The notes below the pieces were generated by a model. The model had not been told where the DNA came from. It did not search any database and saw nothing but the letters and a program-made list of their open reading frames with translations. This document shows, in pieces, positions 38,247 through 47,789 of a stretch of DNA of 64,000 bases; the first letter of the stretch is position 1; the number at the start of each line of letters is the position of its first letter. A program made the translations under genes and the position numbers. Origin of the DNA: a virus (Duplodnaviria > Caudoviricetes); the IMG/VR virus record IMGVR_UViG_3300042997_000909, positions 32,001 to 96,000 of that record. One strand, given 5' to 3'.

Positions 38247-38475
38247 ATATACCAAAAAACCTGTGACCATTGAAGCATTACAATGGACAGGTGACAATAG
38301 AAAAGAGTTATTTGATTTCTGTGATCAATCTTACATGAACGGAGATGAGTTAAGAATTCAAACGCTTGAAGGCTCAATGATTGCATCTATTGGTGATTAC
38401 ATCATCAAGGGTGTAAAAGGTGAGTTCTATCCTTGCAAGCCAGACATCTTTGATCTTACGTATACTAAACTTTAA
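38233..38475 (+). CDS. KKPVxIEA / PGDYG-type small protein (candidate Acb4-like sponge)
   Basis: KKPVTIEALQW..TLEGSM.A..GDYIIKGVKGEFYPCKPDIF..TY. Confidence 0.6.
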   Translation: MSVAKYTKKPVTIEALQWTGDNRKELFDFCDQSYMNGDELRIQTLEGSMIASIGDYIIKGVKGEFYPCKPDIFDLTYTKL

Positions 38476-38480
38476 AAAAA

Positions 38481-38867
38481 ATGGAAGAAAAATCACTACA
38501 CAACACCACAGCCAACGGTGCTAAAAAGAATGTTAGAGACATTCAATTTTGGGGAGATGGCGATACATTCAGACTTATCAGCAAAGCATCAAGCCAGGCT
38601 GAAGGTTGGATGAAATCAACCAAAGCAATGCCTGCAGGTAAGTCTGTAGTGGTACAGGTTACTACTCAGCAAAGAAACCCTGATGGAAGTTATTCCATTG
38701 CAGAAGCGTTGACAACAGTTCCTAATGCAATTATTGCTGAATTTTTAGACAATGATGATGTAGTAAAATACAGAGCAATCATTGAACGCGATATCAGACA
38801 TTCTGGTTTAGTAACTGTTATTGAAAAAAATGTTGAAGTAGAACTTGCTGAAGATGGAAGTAACTAA
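38481..38867 (+). CDS. Hypothetical protein (EGWMKSTKAM..VQVTTQQ)
   Basis: Strongly patterned small phage protein. Confidence 0.75.
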   Translation: MEEKSLHNTTANGAKKNVRDIQFWGDGDTFRLISKASSQAEGWMKSTKAMPAGKSVVVQVTTQQRNPDGSYSIAEALTTVPNAIIAEFLDNDDVVKYRAIIERDIRHSGLVTVIEKNVEVELAEDGSN

Positions 38868-39249
38868 AGTTGAAAAAAAGTACAGATTGACTCATTATGA
38901 CCTGGTTAAGTATCAGGTCATAACTGAGTTTGTGTTCTTTAAGAAAGAGAATCTTATTGACACTGATTTAGAACTGCTTACGCTTTTGGCCATTGAGGGG
39001 CCAGTAGATTTGACAAAGTTTTGTAACTTAACTGTCAAAAATACGTATCCTGATGTTAGTCCAGAGGAGTTTGGTGTAAAGTCTCAGAATGTGCGAAACA
39101 AACTAACAAAACTAGAAAAGCGTGGTCTGATAAAAAAGTCAGATACCTTCAAGAAAACTATAGAGATAGCAATGTCTGTACCTGTATTAAGTTCTGGTAA
39201 CGTGATGTTAGATTATAAATTTTTAGCTCTTGAGACCAATAAAGCGTAA
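38854..39249 (+). CDS. Putative winged-helix DNA-binding protein
   Basis: SQNVRNKLTKLEKRGLIKK. Confidence 0.6.
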   Translation: MEVTKVEKKYRLTHYDLVKYQVITEFVFFKKENLIDTDLELLTLLAIEGPVDLTKFCNLTVKNTYPDVSPEEFGVKSQNVRNKLTKLEKRGLIKKSDTFKKTIEIAMSVPVLSSGNVMLDYKFLALETNKA

Positions 39250-39619
39250 AGAGATTTCTGAGAAAGTTGCAGAAAGATTAAATTTGTCTTCAGAAACAGT
39301 TGACGAAATAGTATCTTGTTATTACAACATGATTCAGAGAAAACTTAGTCAGTTAGAGTTTCCAAGTATTACAGTAGATAACTTAGGTACGTTTTTCGTC
39401 AAGCGTCCAAAGTTAGAAGAAAAATTAATGATATACAGGAAGTCTCTAGAAAAGTATGAAAGTATAAAGCAACCAGACATGGCTCAATTCAAGTCAATCA
39501 TGGAACTTAAAGCTGACATACAGAAATTTGAAAACATTCTTGCAGAACTTGACAAGTTAGATGTTAAGAAGCAAGAGAAACAACAAGAAAAAATAACCTA
39601 TAAAAATAACAAATCATGA
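39230..39619 (+). CDS. HU/IHF-like DNA-binding protein
   Basis: EISEKVAE.LNL...V..IV, ITVDNLGTF. Confidence 0.65.
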   Translation: MRPIKRKEISEKVAERLNLSSETVDEIVSCYYNMIQRKLSQLEFPSITVDNLGTFFVKRPKLEEKLMIYRKSLEKYESIKQPDMAQFKSIMELKADIQKFENILAELDKLDVKKQEKQQEKITYKNNKS

Positions 39620-39921
39620 ACTTAATAAAAATCTGGAAAGAGAAAGGAAAGATTTTAGAGGGTGTAAAGAACAGTATGTTCAAGCAGGAGCATATTGAAG
39701 AAATTGCAGCATCTAGAATGGCAATCTGCGAGGATTGCTTTTTTATTGATAAAGAGGGTTCTAAGTGCTACATGAAAGGAACTCAACCTTGCTGTGGAGA
39801 ATGTGGCTGTAAGCTTTCATTTAAGACACGTTCTTTGTCATCGTCATGTCCTAAGAACAAATGGGAATCAATCACGTCTGAAGAGGAGGAAGACGCCATT
39901 ATTAACAGTATAAAAGACTAA
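39616..39921 (+). CDS. Cys-rich Zn-binding protein
   Basis: R..IC..C, CCGECGC.L..K.R...CP..KW. Confidence 0.7.
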   Translation: MNLIKIWKEKGKILEGVKNSMFKQEHIEEIAASRMAICEDCFFIDKEGSKCYMKGTQPCCGECGCKLSFKTRSLSSSCPKNKWESITSEEEEDAIINSIKD

Positions 39922-39923
39922 GC

Positions 39924-40769
39924 ATGTTATCATTTGAACCAGAACATCACAAGTACGTATCACTTGATCCAAACGACCAAACAGATTGGATTAGTGTGAC
40001 AACCTTAATATCATATTTTAAACAACCATTTGATGCTAAGGCTATATCTAAGAAGAGTTCCAAATCAAGTAAGAAGTGGAAAGGATTAACACCTGACACA
40101 ATCCAAGAAATTTGGAAAGCTGAGGCAAAACGTGCAACTGACTTAGGAACCTGGTATCATGATCAACGTGAACAAGACATAGTATCATGTGATACTATTA
40201 ATCGCCATGATGCTACACTTGCAGTAATTAAACCAATTGTTAATGAAAAAGGATATAAAGTAGCGTCATCACAAAAAATACTTTCTGGCATATATCCAGA
40301 ACATCTTGTATTCTTGCGTTCTATAGGCGTGTGTGGACAATCAGATTTGGTAGAGATTGCACATGGCCTGATACACATTACAGATTACAAAACAAACAAA
40401 GAAATTAAGACATCATCTTACGTGAACTGGGAAGGACTTTCTCAGAAAATGAATCACCCAGTTTCACATTTAGATGACTGCAATTATTATCATTACGCGC
40501 TACAACTTTCAGCGTACATGTACATGATTCAGAAACATAACCCTACACTGCAACCTGGAAGTCTTGTCTTACATCACATTATATTTGAAGTAGAAGGTGA
40601 AGATGATTATGGTTATCCAATTGTCAGTCGTACTGAACAGGGAGATCCAATTGTAAAAGATGTTGTTCAATATAATTTACCATACTTGAAAGAAGAGGTA
40701 ATGGCAATTTTTCAGTATCTTAAAGACAACAAAACTGAGATAATTAACTTCTCAAAAAACAAAAAATAA
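39924..40769 (+). CDS. PD-(D/E)XK nuclease
   Basis: SVTT, GT.YH, GQSDLV, DYKTNK, YALQLSAY. Confidence 0.85.
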   Translation: MLSFEPEHHKYVSLDPNDQTDWISVTTLISYFKQPFDAKAISKKSSKSSKKWKGLTPDTIQEIWKAEAKRATDLGTWYHDQREQDIVSCDTINRHDATLAVIKPIVNEKGYKVASSQKILSGIYPEHLVFLRSIGVCGQSDLVEIAHGLIHITDYKTNKEIKTSSYVNWEGLSQKMNHPVSHLDDCNYYHYALQLSAYMYMIQKHNPTLQPGSLVLHHIIFEVEGEDDYGYPIVSRTEQGDPIVKDVVQYNLPYLKEEVMAIFQYLKDNKTEIINFSKNKK

Positions 40770-41284
40770 TGGTAAAGTTATTTGACATACAAAATGGTGT
40801 AATAGTACCAACAGAACACTGTTACGCCTTGAAAGCATTAAAAGACATTATGGATAACTATCCTAATGACTTTTTAAAGATATACCAATATATCTTTTAT
40901 ATGTCTTGCCCTAATCCAGATATTAACCCTTTCTTTGATGTACGCGAACATGAAAAAGAAGAACTTATACTTGCACAACTTCAAGCAGAATTTTCTACTG
41001 AAGATGAAGATATTTTTATTGCTTTGGAATTCTGTAAAAAGATGTATGAAACACCTTCGTACAGGGCTTACATGGGTATTAAATCTATGTTGGATCGCCT
41101 TGCTACATATATGGAACATACCCCAATACACCATGGTCGTGATGGTAATATCACACCGCTGGTCAACGCTGCAGCAAAGTTTGAGCAAATACGTGGCTCA
41201 TATAAAGGCGCGTACAAAGACCTTATGGAAGAACAAAAAAGCCATGTTAGGGGAGGTCAAAATCTTGCGTATGACCAATTCTAA
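40769..41284 (+). CDS. Crassvirus-type protein upstream of terminase (possible small terminase)
   Basis: Position; C-terminal VRGG. Confidence 0.6.
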   Translation: MVKLFDIQNGVIVPTEHCYALKALKDIMDNYPNDFLKIYQYIFYMSCPNPDINPFFDVREHEKEELILAQLQAEFSTEDEDIFIALEFCKKMYETPSYRAYMGIKSMLDRLATYMEHTPIHHGRDGNITPLVNAAAKFEQIRGSYKGAYKDLMEEQKSHVRGGQNLAYDQF

Positions 41285-41483
41285 AGATACACAACAGTTT
41301 ATGTTCTTTGTTAAAGTAGAGCATATTACAGATGGACCTTTGATACAAAGAGATTTACCATGTGTACCATCAAAAGGTGATTGGATAGAACTTGGTAAAG
41401 AAAACTTTGTAGTAAAAAATGTTTCTTGGAACTTTTCTGATAGAAGAACAGTAACTTTATTAGTTGATACACCAAAATTTTAA
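41271..41483 (+). CDS. Small hypothetical protein
   Basis: PCVPSKGDWI..FVVKNVSW; ATG at 41271. Confidence 0.55.
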   Translation: MTNSKDTQQFMFFVKVEHITDGPLIQRDLPCVPSKGDWIELGKENFVVKNVSWNFSDRRTVTLLVDTPKF

Positions 41484-41484
41484 G

Positions 41485-43689
41485 ATGTACAGAGAAATAC
41501 CAACATACAATTACGAGACTGACGAATGGAGTTATACTGTGTTTGACACACGAGAAGAGTTAGCAGATTTTGTAGAAAGCATATTTAAAGAACCAGGTCA
41601 ATATGAGTTTGATGAGTGTTCAGAAAAGTTTAATGCTGAAGGTAGAAAGTTTAATAAAAACAGGGTATACTGCCTTGCACCTGAGCGTTCAAAAGATTTT
41701 GTAAACTACTGGAATACAGAAAAAGACAAATGCAGAAATGGTGTAATCTACAAGAACAATGGTAAGAGTTGGTATTTGCCACGCGATTACTACATGTGGT
41801 TAAATTTTTTACCTATCTATAATAAGGAAGTAAACAGATTTACATTTGCTGATGTGCGTGATGCTCAGTATCATATGGCACTTTATGAAGAGTTGGCTCA
41901 ATTAAAAAATAAACATGCAGCTATTCTTAAGAAACGTCAGATTGCATCTTCATATTATCACTCAGGAAAGATTGCAAACTTATTTTATTTTGAGGAAGGT
42001 TCTGTTGCAAAGATGGCAGGATCACTTAAAGACTATATAAATGAAAAAGGTACATGGCGTTTTCTTGAAGAGTATCGTAACTTCTTAAATAAACACACAG
42101 CATGGTATCGTCCATGTAATCCAGACAAGGTTCTTAACTGGGAGCAGAAGACTGAAGTAACCCAAGGTGGTAGAAAAGTGGACATTGGTCTCAAGTCTGT
42201 TATCATGGGTGTGGTTCTTGAGAAAGATCCAACCAATGGTGTAGGGGGTCCTTGTACTTTATTCTTCCACGAGGAGGCAGGAATTGCTCCTAAGATGAAC
42301 ATTACACTTGAGTACTTATTACCTGCCATGAAATCAGGTATGGTTTATACAGGTATGTTTGTTGTTGCTGGTTCTGTGGGTGACTTGGATCAGTGTGAAC
42401 CTCTAAAAGAGTTAATACTTAATCCAGATTCCAAGGACGTTTTAGCAGTGCAAACAGATTTATTAGATGACAAAGGCACTAAAGGTCTTTGTGGTTTATT
42501 CATTCCAGAACAATGGTCAATGCTTCCATGTATAGATCAGTATGGGAACTCTGAAGTGGAAAAAGCATTAGAGATGATTCTTATTGAGCGTGAAGACTGG
42601 AAGAAAAAACTTAAACCAGAGGATTATAGACTACGTATTTCTCAGAAACCTATTAACATAAAAGAGGCTTTTGATTATAGAAAAGAAGCTAGATTTCCAG
42701 AGCACTTGGTATCACAACAAATTAGACGTATAGAAGAAAAGGAGTATCCTACTGAGTATGTGGATTTGGTGTGGGAAGATGACAAAATAGTTCAAAAGTC
42801 TACACGCAAGATACCTATCATGGAGTTCCCAATATCTCCAAAGACAGAAAGCAAAGAAGGTGTCATCATTATTTATGAGAAACCAATTGAGAATCCAAAG
42901 TTTGGAACATATTACGCATCCATTGACCCTGTTTCTGAAGGTAAAACCACTACATCTGAGTCATTATGTTCTATATTTGTGTACAAAACAATACAGGAAG
43001 TCAAAGTGAATAAGAAAGATGGTACAGTTGAAACACGCGTAGAGGGCGACAAGATTGTTGCAGCTTGGTGTGGACGCTTTGATGACTTAAAGAAAACACA
43101 TGAACGTCTTGAAATACTTATTGAATACTACAACGCATGGACAATTGTAGAGAACAATGTTCACTTGTTTATTCAGTACATGATTTCTAGACGTAAACAA
43201 AAATATCTTGTACCTAAAAACCAAATTATGTTCCTCAAAGAACTTGGTAGTAATAACAACGTCTTTCAGGAGTATGGTTGGAAAAATACAGGTACATTGT
43301 TTAAAGCAAACCTGGTGTCTTATGCTATTCAGTTTCTTGAAGAAGAGATTGATGTAGAGACAAAACCAGATGGAACCATAACCAAAGTGACATATGGTGT
43401 AGAAAGAATTCCTGATATCATGCTTTTGAAAGAAATGCAAGCATACAGAGATGGACTTAACGTTGACCGCTTGGTTGCGTTTTGTGCGTTGGTTGCATTT
43501 GCTAAAGTGCAAGAATCAAATAGAGGATTCTCAAAACGCACTGAGCATGAAAACACTGAACATTTGGAAAATAAAAATAAAAATAGTAACTTATTTATGA
43601 GTCCATTTCGTCATATTGGTAATACTGCATCTAATGCAGAATCAACAGCAATGAAGAAACCTAGGAATCCATTTAAAAACATGAGGTAA
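41485..43689 (+). CDS. terL: Terminase large subunit
   Basis: LKKRQIASSY (Walker A), FFHEEAG (Walker B), ASIDP and NVDRL nuclease motifs. Confidence 0.93.
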   Translation: MYREIPTYNYETDEWSYTVFDTREELADFVESIFKEPGQYEFDECSEKFNAEGRKFNKNRVYCLAPERSKDFVNYWNTEKDKCRNGVIYKNNGKSWYLPRDYYMWLNFLPIYNKEVNRFTFADVRDAQYHMALYEELAQLKNKHAAILKKRQIASSYYHSGKIANLFYFEEGSVAKMAGSLKDYINEKGTWRFLEEYRNFLNKHTAWYRPCNPDKVLNWEQKTEVTQGGRKVDIGLKSVIMGVVLEKDPTNGVGGPCTLFFHEEAGIAPKMNITLEYLLPAMKSGMVYTGMFVVAGSVGDLDQCEPLKELILNPDSKDVLAVQTDLLDDKGTKGLCGLFIPEQWSMLPCIDQYGNSEVEKALEMILIEREDWKKKLKPEDYRLRISQKPINIKEAFDYRKEARFPEHLVSQQIRRIEEKEYPTEYVDLVWEDDKIVQKSTRKIPIMEFPISPKTESKEGVIIIYEKPIENPKFGTYYASIDPVSEGKTTTSESLCSIFVYKTIQEVKVNKKDGTVETRVEGDKIVAAWCGRFDDLKKTHERLEILIEYYNAWTIVENNVHLFIQYMISRRKQKYLVPKNQIMFLKELGSNNNVFQEYGWKNTGTLFKANLVSYAIQFLEEEIDVETKPDGTITKVTYGVERIPDIMLLKEMQAYRDGLNVDRLVAFCALVAFAKVQESNRGFSKRTEHENTEHLENKNKNSNLFMSPFRHIGNTASNAESTAMKKPRNPFKNMR

Positions 43690-43690
43690 T

Positions 43691-46420
43691 ATGCAAGTAT
43701 TTAACGCACTACAAATTAAGAATGGCGCCAAAGTTGATGCTAACAGAATGGGTACTTTTACTCAACCTGTACAATTTTTAAGAGTAAAGGATAAAGATGA
43801 AGCATGGGGTGCTTGGAATATGGACTGGTATGAAATGCAAGGTCTTAAACAAATACGCAGGAATGCTAGAAGATTGCTAAAGAACTACAAGTTAGCAACA
43901 GGTATCATAGACAAGACAGACTACATTGTTGAAGAAGACAATGATATGGCTGAGTTGGTTGATATTCTCACAAAAGAGGATGCTTCTGCCTTTGAGTTAA
44001 AGTTCTTTCCCATTATACCAAACGTAATCAACGTAATGGTTGGTGAATTTGCCAAGCGTAACGATAAGATTATGTATAGGTCTGTGGATGATACTTCCTA
44101 CAATGAAATGCTTGAGCAAAAAAGAGCAATGTTGGAGGAAACATTGTTATCAGATGCTGAAATGAAAATGAAAGCTAAGGTTGATAGCATGGGTCTTGAC
44201 ATGAATAATGAAGAGCAAGCACAACAAGCTCAGCAAATGATGTCTCCAGAGGCTATTAAAACCTTACCTGAAATAGAAGAATTCTTTAAAAAGAATTACA
44301 AGTCGCTCATTGAAGAGTGGGCAGGACACCAGCATAATGTAGATGAAGAACGTTTCAATTTGAAAGAACTTGAAACTTTAGCATTCAGAGATAGTCTTAT
44401 AGCAGACAGAGAATTTTGGCACTTTAACATGTTGGAAGATGATTATGAACTTGAGGTTTGGAATCCTGTAATTACATTCTATCACAAATCTCCAGGTGCA
44501 AGATACATATCTCAGTCAAACTGGGCTGGTAAGATTGACCTAATGACACCTTCTGATGTGATTGATAAGTATGGTTATCAGATGACAGGTGATCAGTTAA
44601 AAAGTCTGGAAGCAATTTACCCTGTTAAATCTGCAGGATATATTCTACCAGGTGTACAAAATGATGGTTCTTTCTATGATGCTACGCGCTCGCACGAGTG
44701 GAATGTTGATGGTCCTTCTTTAGGAATGCGTCAGTTTACATCATACAGAGATACTGTAAATGGTGCTGGTGATGACATTATTCTAAAAATTCTTGCAGAG
44801 TCTGAAGACCTTATGGACTTTGATAATACTGGATTACTACGCGTAACTACAGGTTATTGGAAGTCTCAGAGAATGGTTGGCCACTTGACAAGAATTGATG
44901 AGATGGGAATGCTTGTTGACATGATTGTTGATGAGACTTACAAAGTCACTGAGAAGCCAGTTTATGACACAAAAGTATTAAGAACAAAATCACGTGAGAC
45001 TCTTGTATTTGGAGAACATATTGATTGGATATGGATTAACCAAACATGGGGTGGTGTTAAGATTGGTCCTAATAGACCAACATTCTATGGTAACAGTGAC
45101 AATCTAAATTTCTCTCCTATATACTTAAACGTAGCACCAGTAAAATTTCAATTCAAAGGTGACTTTACATTATATGGTTGCAAGTTACCAGTAGAAGGAG
45201 CAGTATTCTCTGATAGAAATACCAAATCGCGTTCTCTTGTAGATAAGATGAAACCCTACCAAATTGGCTACAATCTAGTTAATAACCAAATAGCTGATAT
45301 CCTAATTGATGAGTTAGGTACTGTAATCTTGTTAGATCAGAATGCATTACCACGCCACTCTGCAGGTGAAGACTGGGGACATGGTAATTTTGGAAAAGCA
45401 TACGTTGCCATGAAGAACTTTGGTATTTTACCATTAGATACTTCAATTACAAATACAGAAAACGCTCTTAACTTCCAACACTATCAAGTGTTGAATCTTG
45501 AACAGACTCAACGTTTGATGTCAAGGATACAATTAGCAAACCATTTTAAACAACAATGTTTTGACACAATTGGTATATCACCTCAGCGTCTAGGTGCAGT
45601 AAACGCACAAGAAACAGCGCAAGGTATAGAGCAAGCAATAAACCAAAGTTATTCTCAGACTGAAATGTACTTTGTACAACACTCAGAATACTTAATGCCA
45701 CGCGTACATCAAATGCGTACAGACTTAGCTCAGTACTATCATTCTAATAAGCCAAGCTTAAGACTTCAATATATGACCACTTTAGACGAAAAAGTGAACT
45801 TTGAGATGAATGGTACAGAACTTTTGGCAAGAGAATTAAACATCTTTATTTCTACCAAAGTAAATCAAAGACAGATAATGGAGCAGATTAGACAACTTGC
45901 TCTTAATAACAATACATCTGGTGCTTCTATATATGACTTAGGTAACTTGATTAAAGCAGATTCACTTGCTGAAATCACACATACTCTTAAAGCTGTTGAA
46001 GAGAAAGTACAAGCTCAGCAACAACAACAAATGCAATCACAAACTGAAGCAGAACAAGCGCGTCAGGATGGTGAGAACAAACGTCAAGAGGCTGAACTTA
46101 AGTTTAAAGCAGAACAAGCACAACTTGATAGAGATGTGGAAATCCAAGTTGCTGAGATTCGCTCTGCAGGATTTACTGGTATGAAAGATCAGAACATGAA
46201 TCAGCAAACTGATTACATTGATACACTTGAATATCTTGACAAACGTAGAGAAAAAGATCGTGACCAATCTATCTCAGAAGCGCGTGAAACAAACAGGATG
46301 ATTGAGAATCAAACTAAGAATGATTTACAACGTCAAGAGTTACAAACACGTAATGCAATTGCAGACAAACAAGTACAAATCGCTCTTGTCAACAAAAATA
46401 AATATGACAAGAAAAAATAG
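43691..46420 (+). CDS. Portal protein
   Basis: 909 aa directly after terL; FPIIPNVINVMVGE, SLVDKMKPYQ, GISPQRLG; long helical Gln-rich C-terminus. Confidence 0.9.
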   Translation: MQVFNALQIKNGAKVDANRMGTFTQPVQFLRVKDKDEAWGAWNMDWYEMQGLKQIRRNARRLLKNYKLATGIIDKTDYIVEEDNDMAELVDILTKEDASAFELKFFPIIPNVINVMVGEFAKRNDKIMYRSVDDTSYNEMLEQKRAMLEETLLSDAEMKMKAKVDSMGLDMNNEEQAQQAQQMMSPEAIKTLPEIEEFFKKNYKSLIEEWAGHQHNVDEERFNLKELETLAFRDSLIADREFWHFNMLEDDYELEVWNPVITFYHKSPGARYISQSNWAGKIDLMTPSDVIDKYGYQMTGDQLKSLEAIYPVKSAGYILPGVQNDGSFYDATRSHEWNVDGPSLGMRQFTSYRDTVNGAGDDIILKILAESEDLMDFDNTGLLRVTTGYWKSQRMVGHLTRIDEMGMLVDMIVDETYKVTEKPVYDTKVLRTKSRETLVFGEHIDWIWINQTWGGVKIGPNRPTFYGNSDNLNFSPIYLNVAPVKFQFKGDFTLYGCKLPVEGAVFSDRNTKSRSLVDKMKPYQIGYNLVNNQIADILIDELGTVILLDQNALPRHSAGEDWGHGNFGKAYVAMKNFGILPLDTSITNTENALNFQHYQVLNLEQTQRLMSRIQLANHFKQQCFDTIGISPQRLGAVNAQETAQGIEQAINQSYSQTEMYFVQHSEYLMPRVHQMRTDLAQYYHSNKPSLRLQYMTTLDEKVNFEMNGTELLARELNIFISTKVNQRQIMEQIRQLALNNNTSGASIYDLGNLIKADSLAEITHTLKAVEEKVQAQQQQQMQSQTEAEQARQDGENKRQEAELKFKAEQAQLDRDVEIQVAEIRSAGFTGMKDQNMNQQTDYIDTLEYLDKRREKDRDQSISEARETNRMIENQTKNDLQRQELQTRNAIADKQVQIALVNKNKYDKKK

Positions 46421-46422
46421 TT

Positions 46423-46438
46423 TAGCTATATAGTGTCA
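46423..46438 (+). promoter_or_regulatory. TAGCTATATAGTGTCA motif
   Basis: Exact 16-bp copy at 33957-33972; 12-bp core at 12901-12912 (-). Confidence 0.5.
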
Positions 46439-46533
46439 AAAACTTTATAACAAGTGTATTGCTAGTTTAAATTTTTGAAGTTTATTTGCTAACTTAATAT
46501 TGAAGAAAGAAGAAGAACCACAAAAACAGAAGT

Positions 46534-47760
46534 ATGGAAGATTTGAATAAAACAACAACTGAAACTCAAGACGTGAGTTCAGTAACACTTGAAAACATTG
46601 ATGACTTTTTGCCACTTCCTGGTGCAGACAGTGTAGTAACATCTGATGAAGAAGAAACTAAAACAGTTTTCTCAAAACCTGATGGAGCAACTGACTTAAG
46701 TTTTATTGACAATGCTGACGATAAAACACCAACAGCAAGTAAAGAAGATGTAGAAAATGCATTATCTGAATTAGATGCTGATATTGCAGATGATGCAGAT
46801 GACACTTCTAAAGCTGGTCGCAAGAAGATTGATAAAAGTGGAATGGTAGAAACATTCTCAAAACTTATTGATGAGGGTGTCCTCATGGGTTTTGAAGATG
46901 ACAAACCAATGGATGAATACTCTATGAAGGATTGGAAAGAATTAATCCAAGCCAACTTAGATGAAAAGGAGCGAGCATTACGTGAGCAAACTCCAAAAGA
47001 GTTCTTTGAAGCATTACCTGAAGAGTTGCAGTATGCAGCTGAGTATGTAGCAAAAGGTGGTAAAGATATGAAAGGATTGTTCAGAGCATTAGCTCAAGTA
47101 GAAGAACAACGTTCATTAGATCCTTCAAATGATGAACACCAAGAGATGATTGTTCGTCAGTACCTTTATGCAACTAATTTTGGAAGTGGTGATCAAGCAT
47201 TGATTGAAGATCAAATTGAAGAGTGGGTTAATAGTGGAACAATCTCTAAACGCGCAAATCAATTCAAACCAAAATTAGATGACATGCAAGCGCAAGTGTT
47301 ACAATCTAAACTAGCACAACAAGAGCAGTTTAAATTGCAACAGCAACACCAAAAAGAGCAGTATATGGAAAACATATACAATACTCTAAAACCAGGAGAT
47401 TTGAATGGTGTAAAGGTTGATAACAAACGTCAAAAGTTCTTATGGGAAGAATTGACAACTTTAAAGTATCAAAGCTTACAAGGAAAACCAACAAATCTTT
47501 TAGGAAGATTACTTGAAGATTATCAGTTCAGTCAAAGTCCTAGATATGACCTTATTGCAGAAACACTGTGGTTATTGTCAGATCCAGATGACTACAAAGA
47601 ACAGATAAGAAGACAAGGAAGAAACGAGGCAACTCAGGACACTGTGAAAAAATTAAAAACTGAAGAGGCAAGAAGGCTGTCTTCTACAGTAACAGAAGAA
47701 AAAGAACCACAGAATGCAAGACCTTCATTGAAGAAACCACGTAACATTTTTGCAAGATAA
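46534..47760 (+). CDS. Putative scaffolding protein
   Basis: Acidic N-terminus, helical body, immediately upstream of the capsid gene. Confidence 0.7.
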   Translation: MEDLNKTTTETQDVSSVTLENIDDFLPLPGADSVVTSDEEETKTVFSKPDGATDLSFIDNADDKTPTASKEDVENALSELDADIADDADDTSKAGRKKIDKSGMVETFSKLIDEGVLMGFEDDKPMDEYSMKDWKELIQANLDEKERALREQTPKEFFEALPEELQYAAEYVAKGGKDMKGLFRALAQVEEQRSLDPSNDEHQEMIVRQYLYATNFGSGDQALIEDQIEEWVNSGTISKRANQFKPKLDDMQAQVLQSKLAQQEQFKLQQQHQKEQYMENIYNTLKPGDLNGVKVDNKRQKFLWEELTTLKYQSLQGKPTNLLGRLLEDYQFSQSPRYDLIAETLWLLSDPDDYKEQIRRQGRNEATQDTVKKLKTEEARRLSSTVTEEKEPQNARPSLKKPRNIFAR

Positions 47761-47789
47761 CAAATTTATTAACTCTAATACAATAACAA

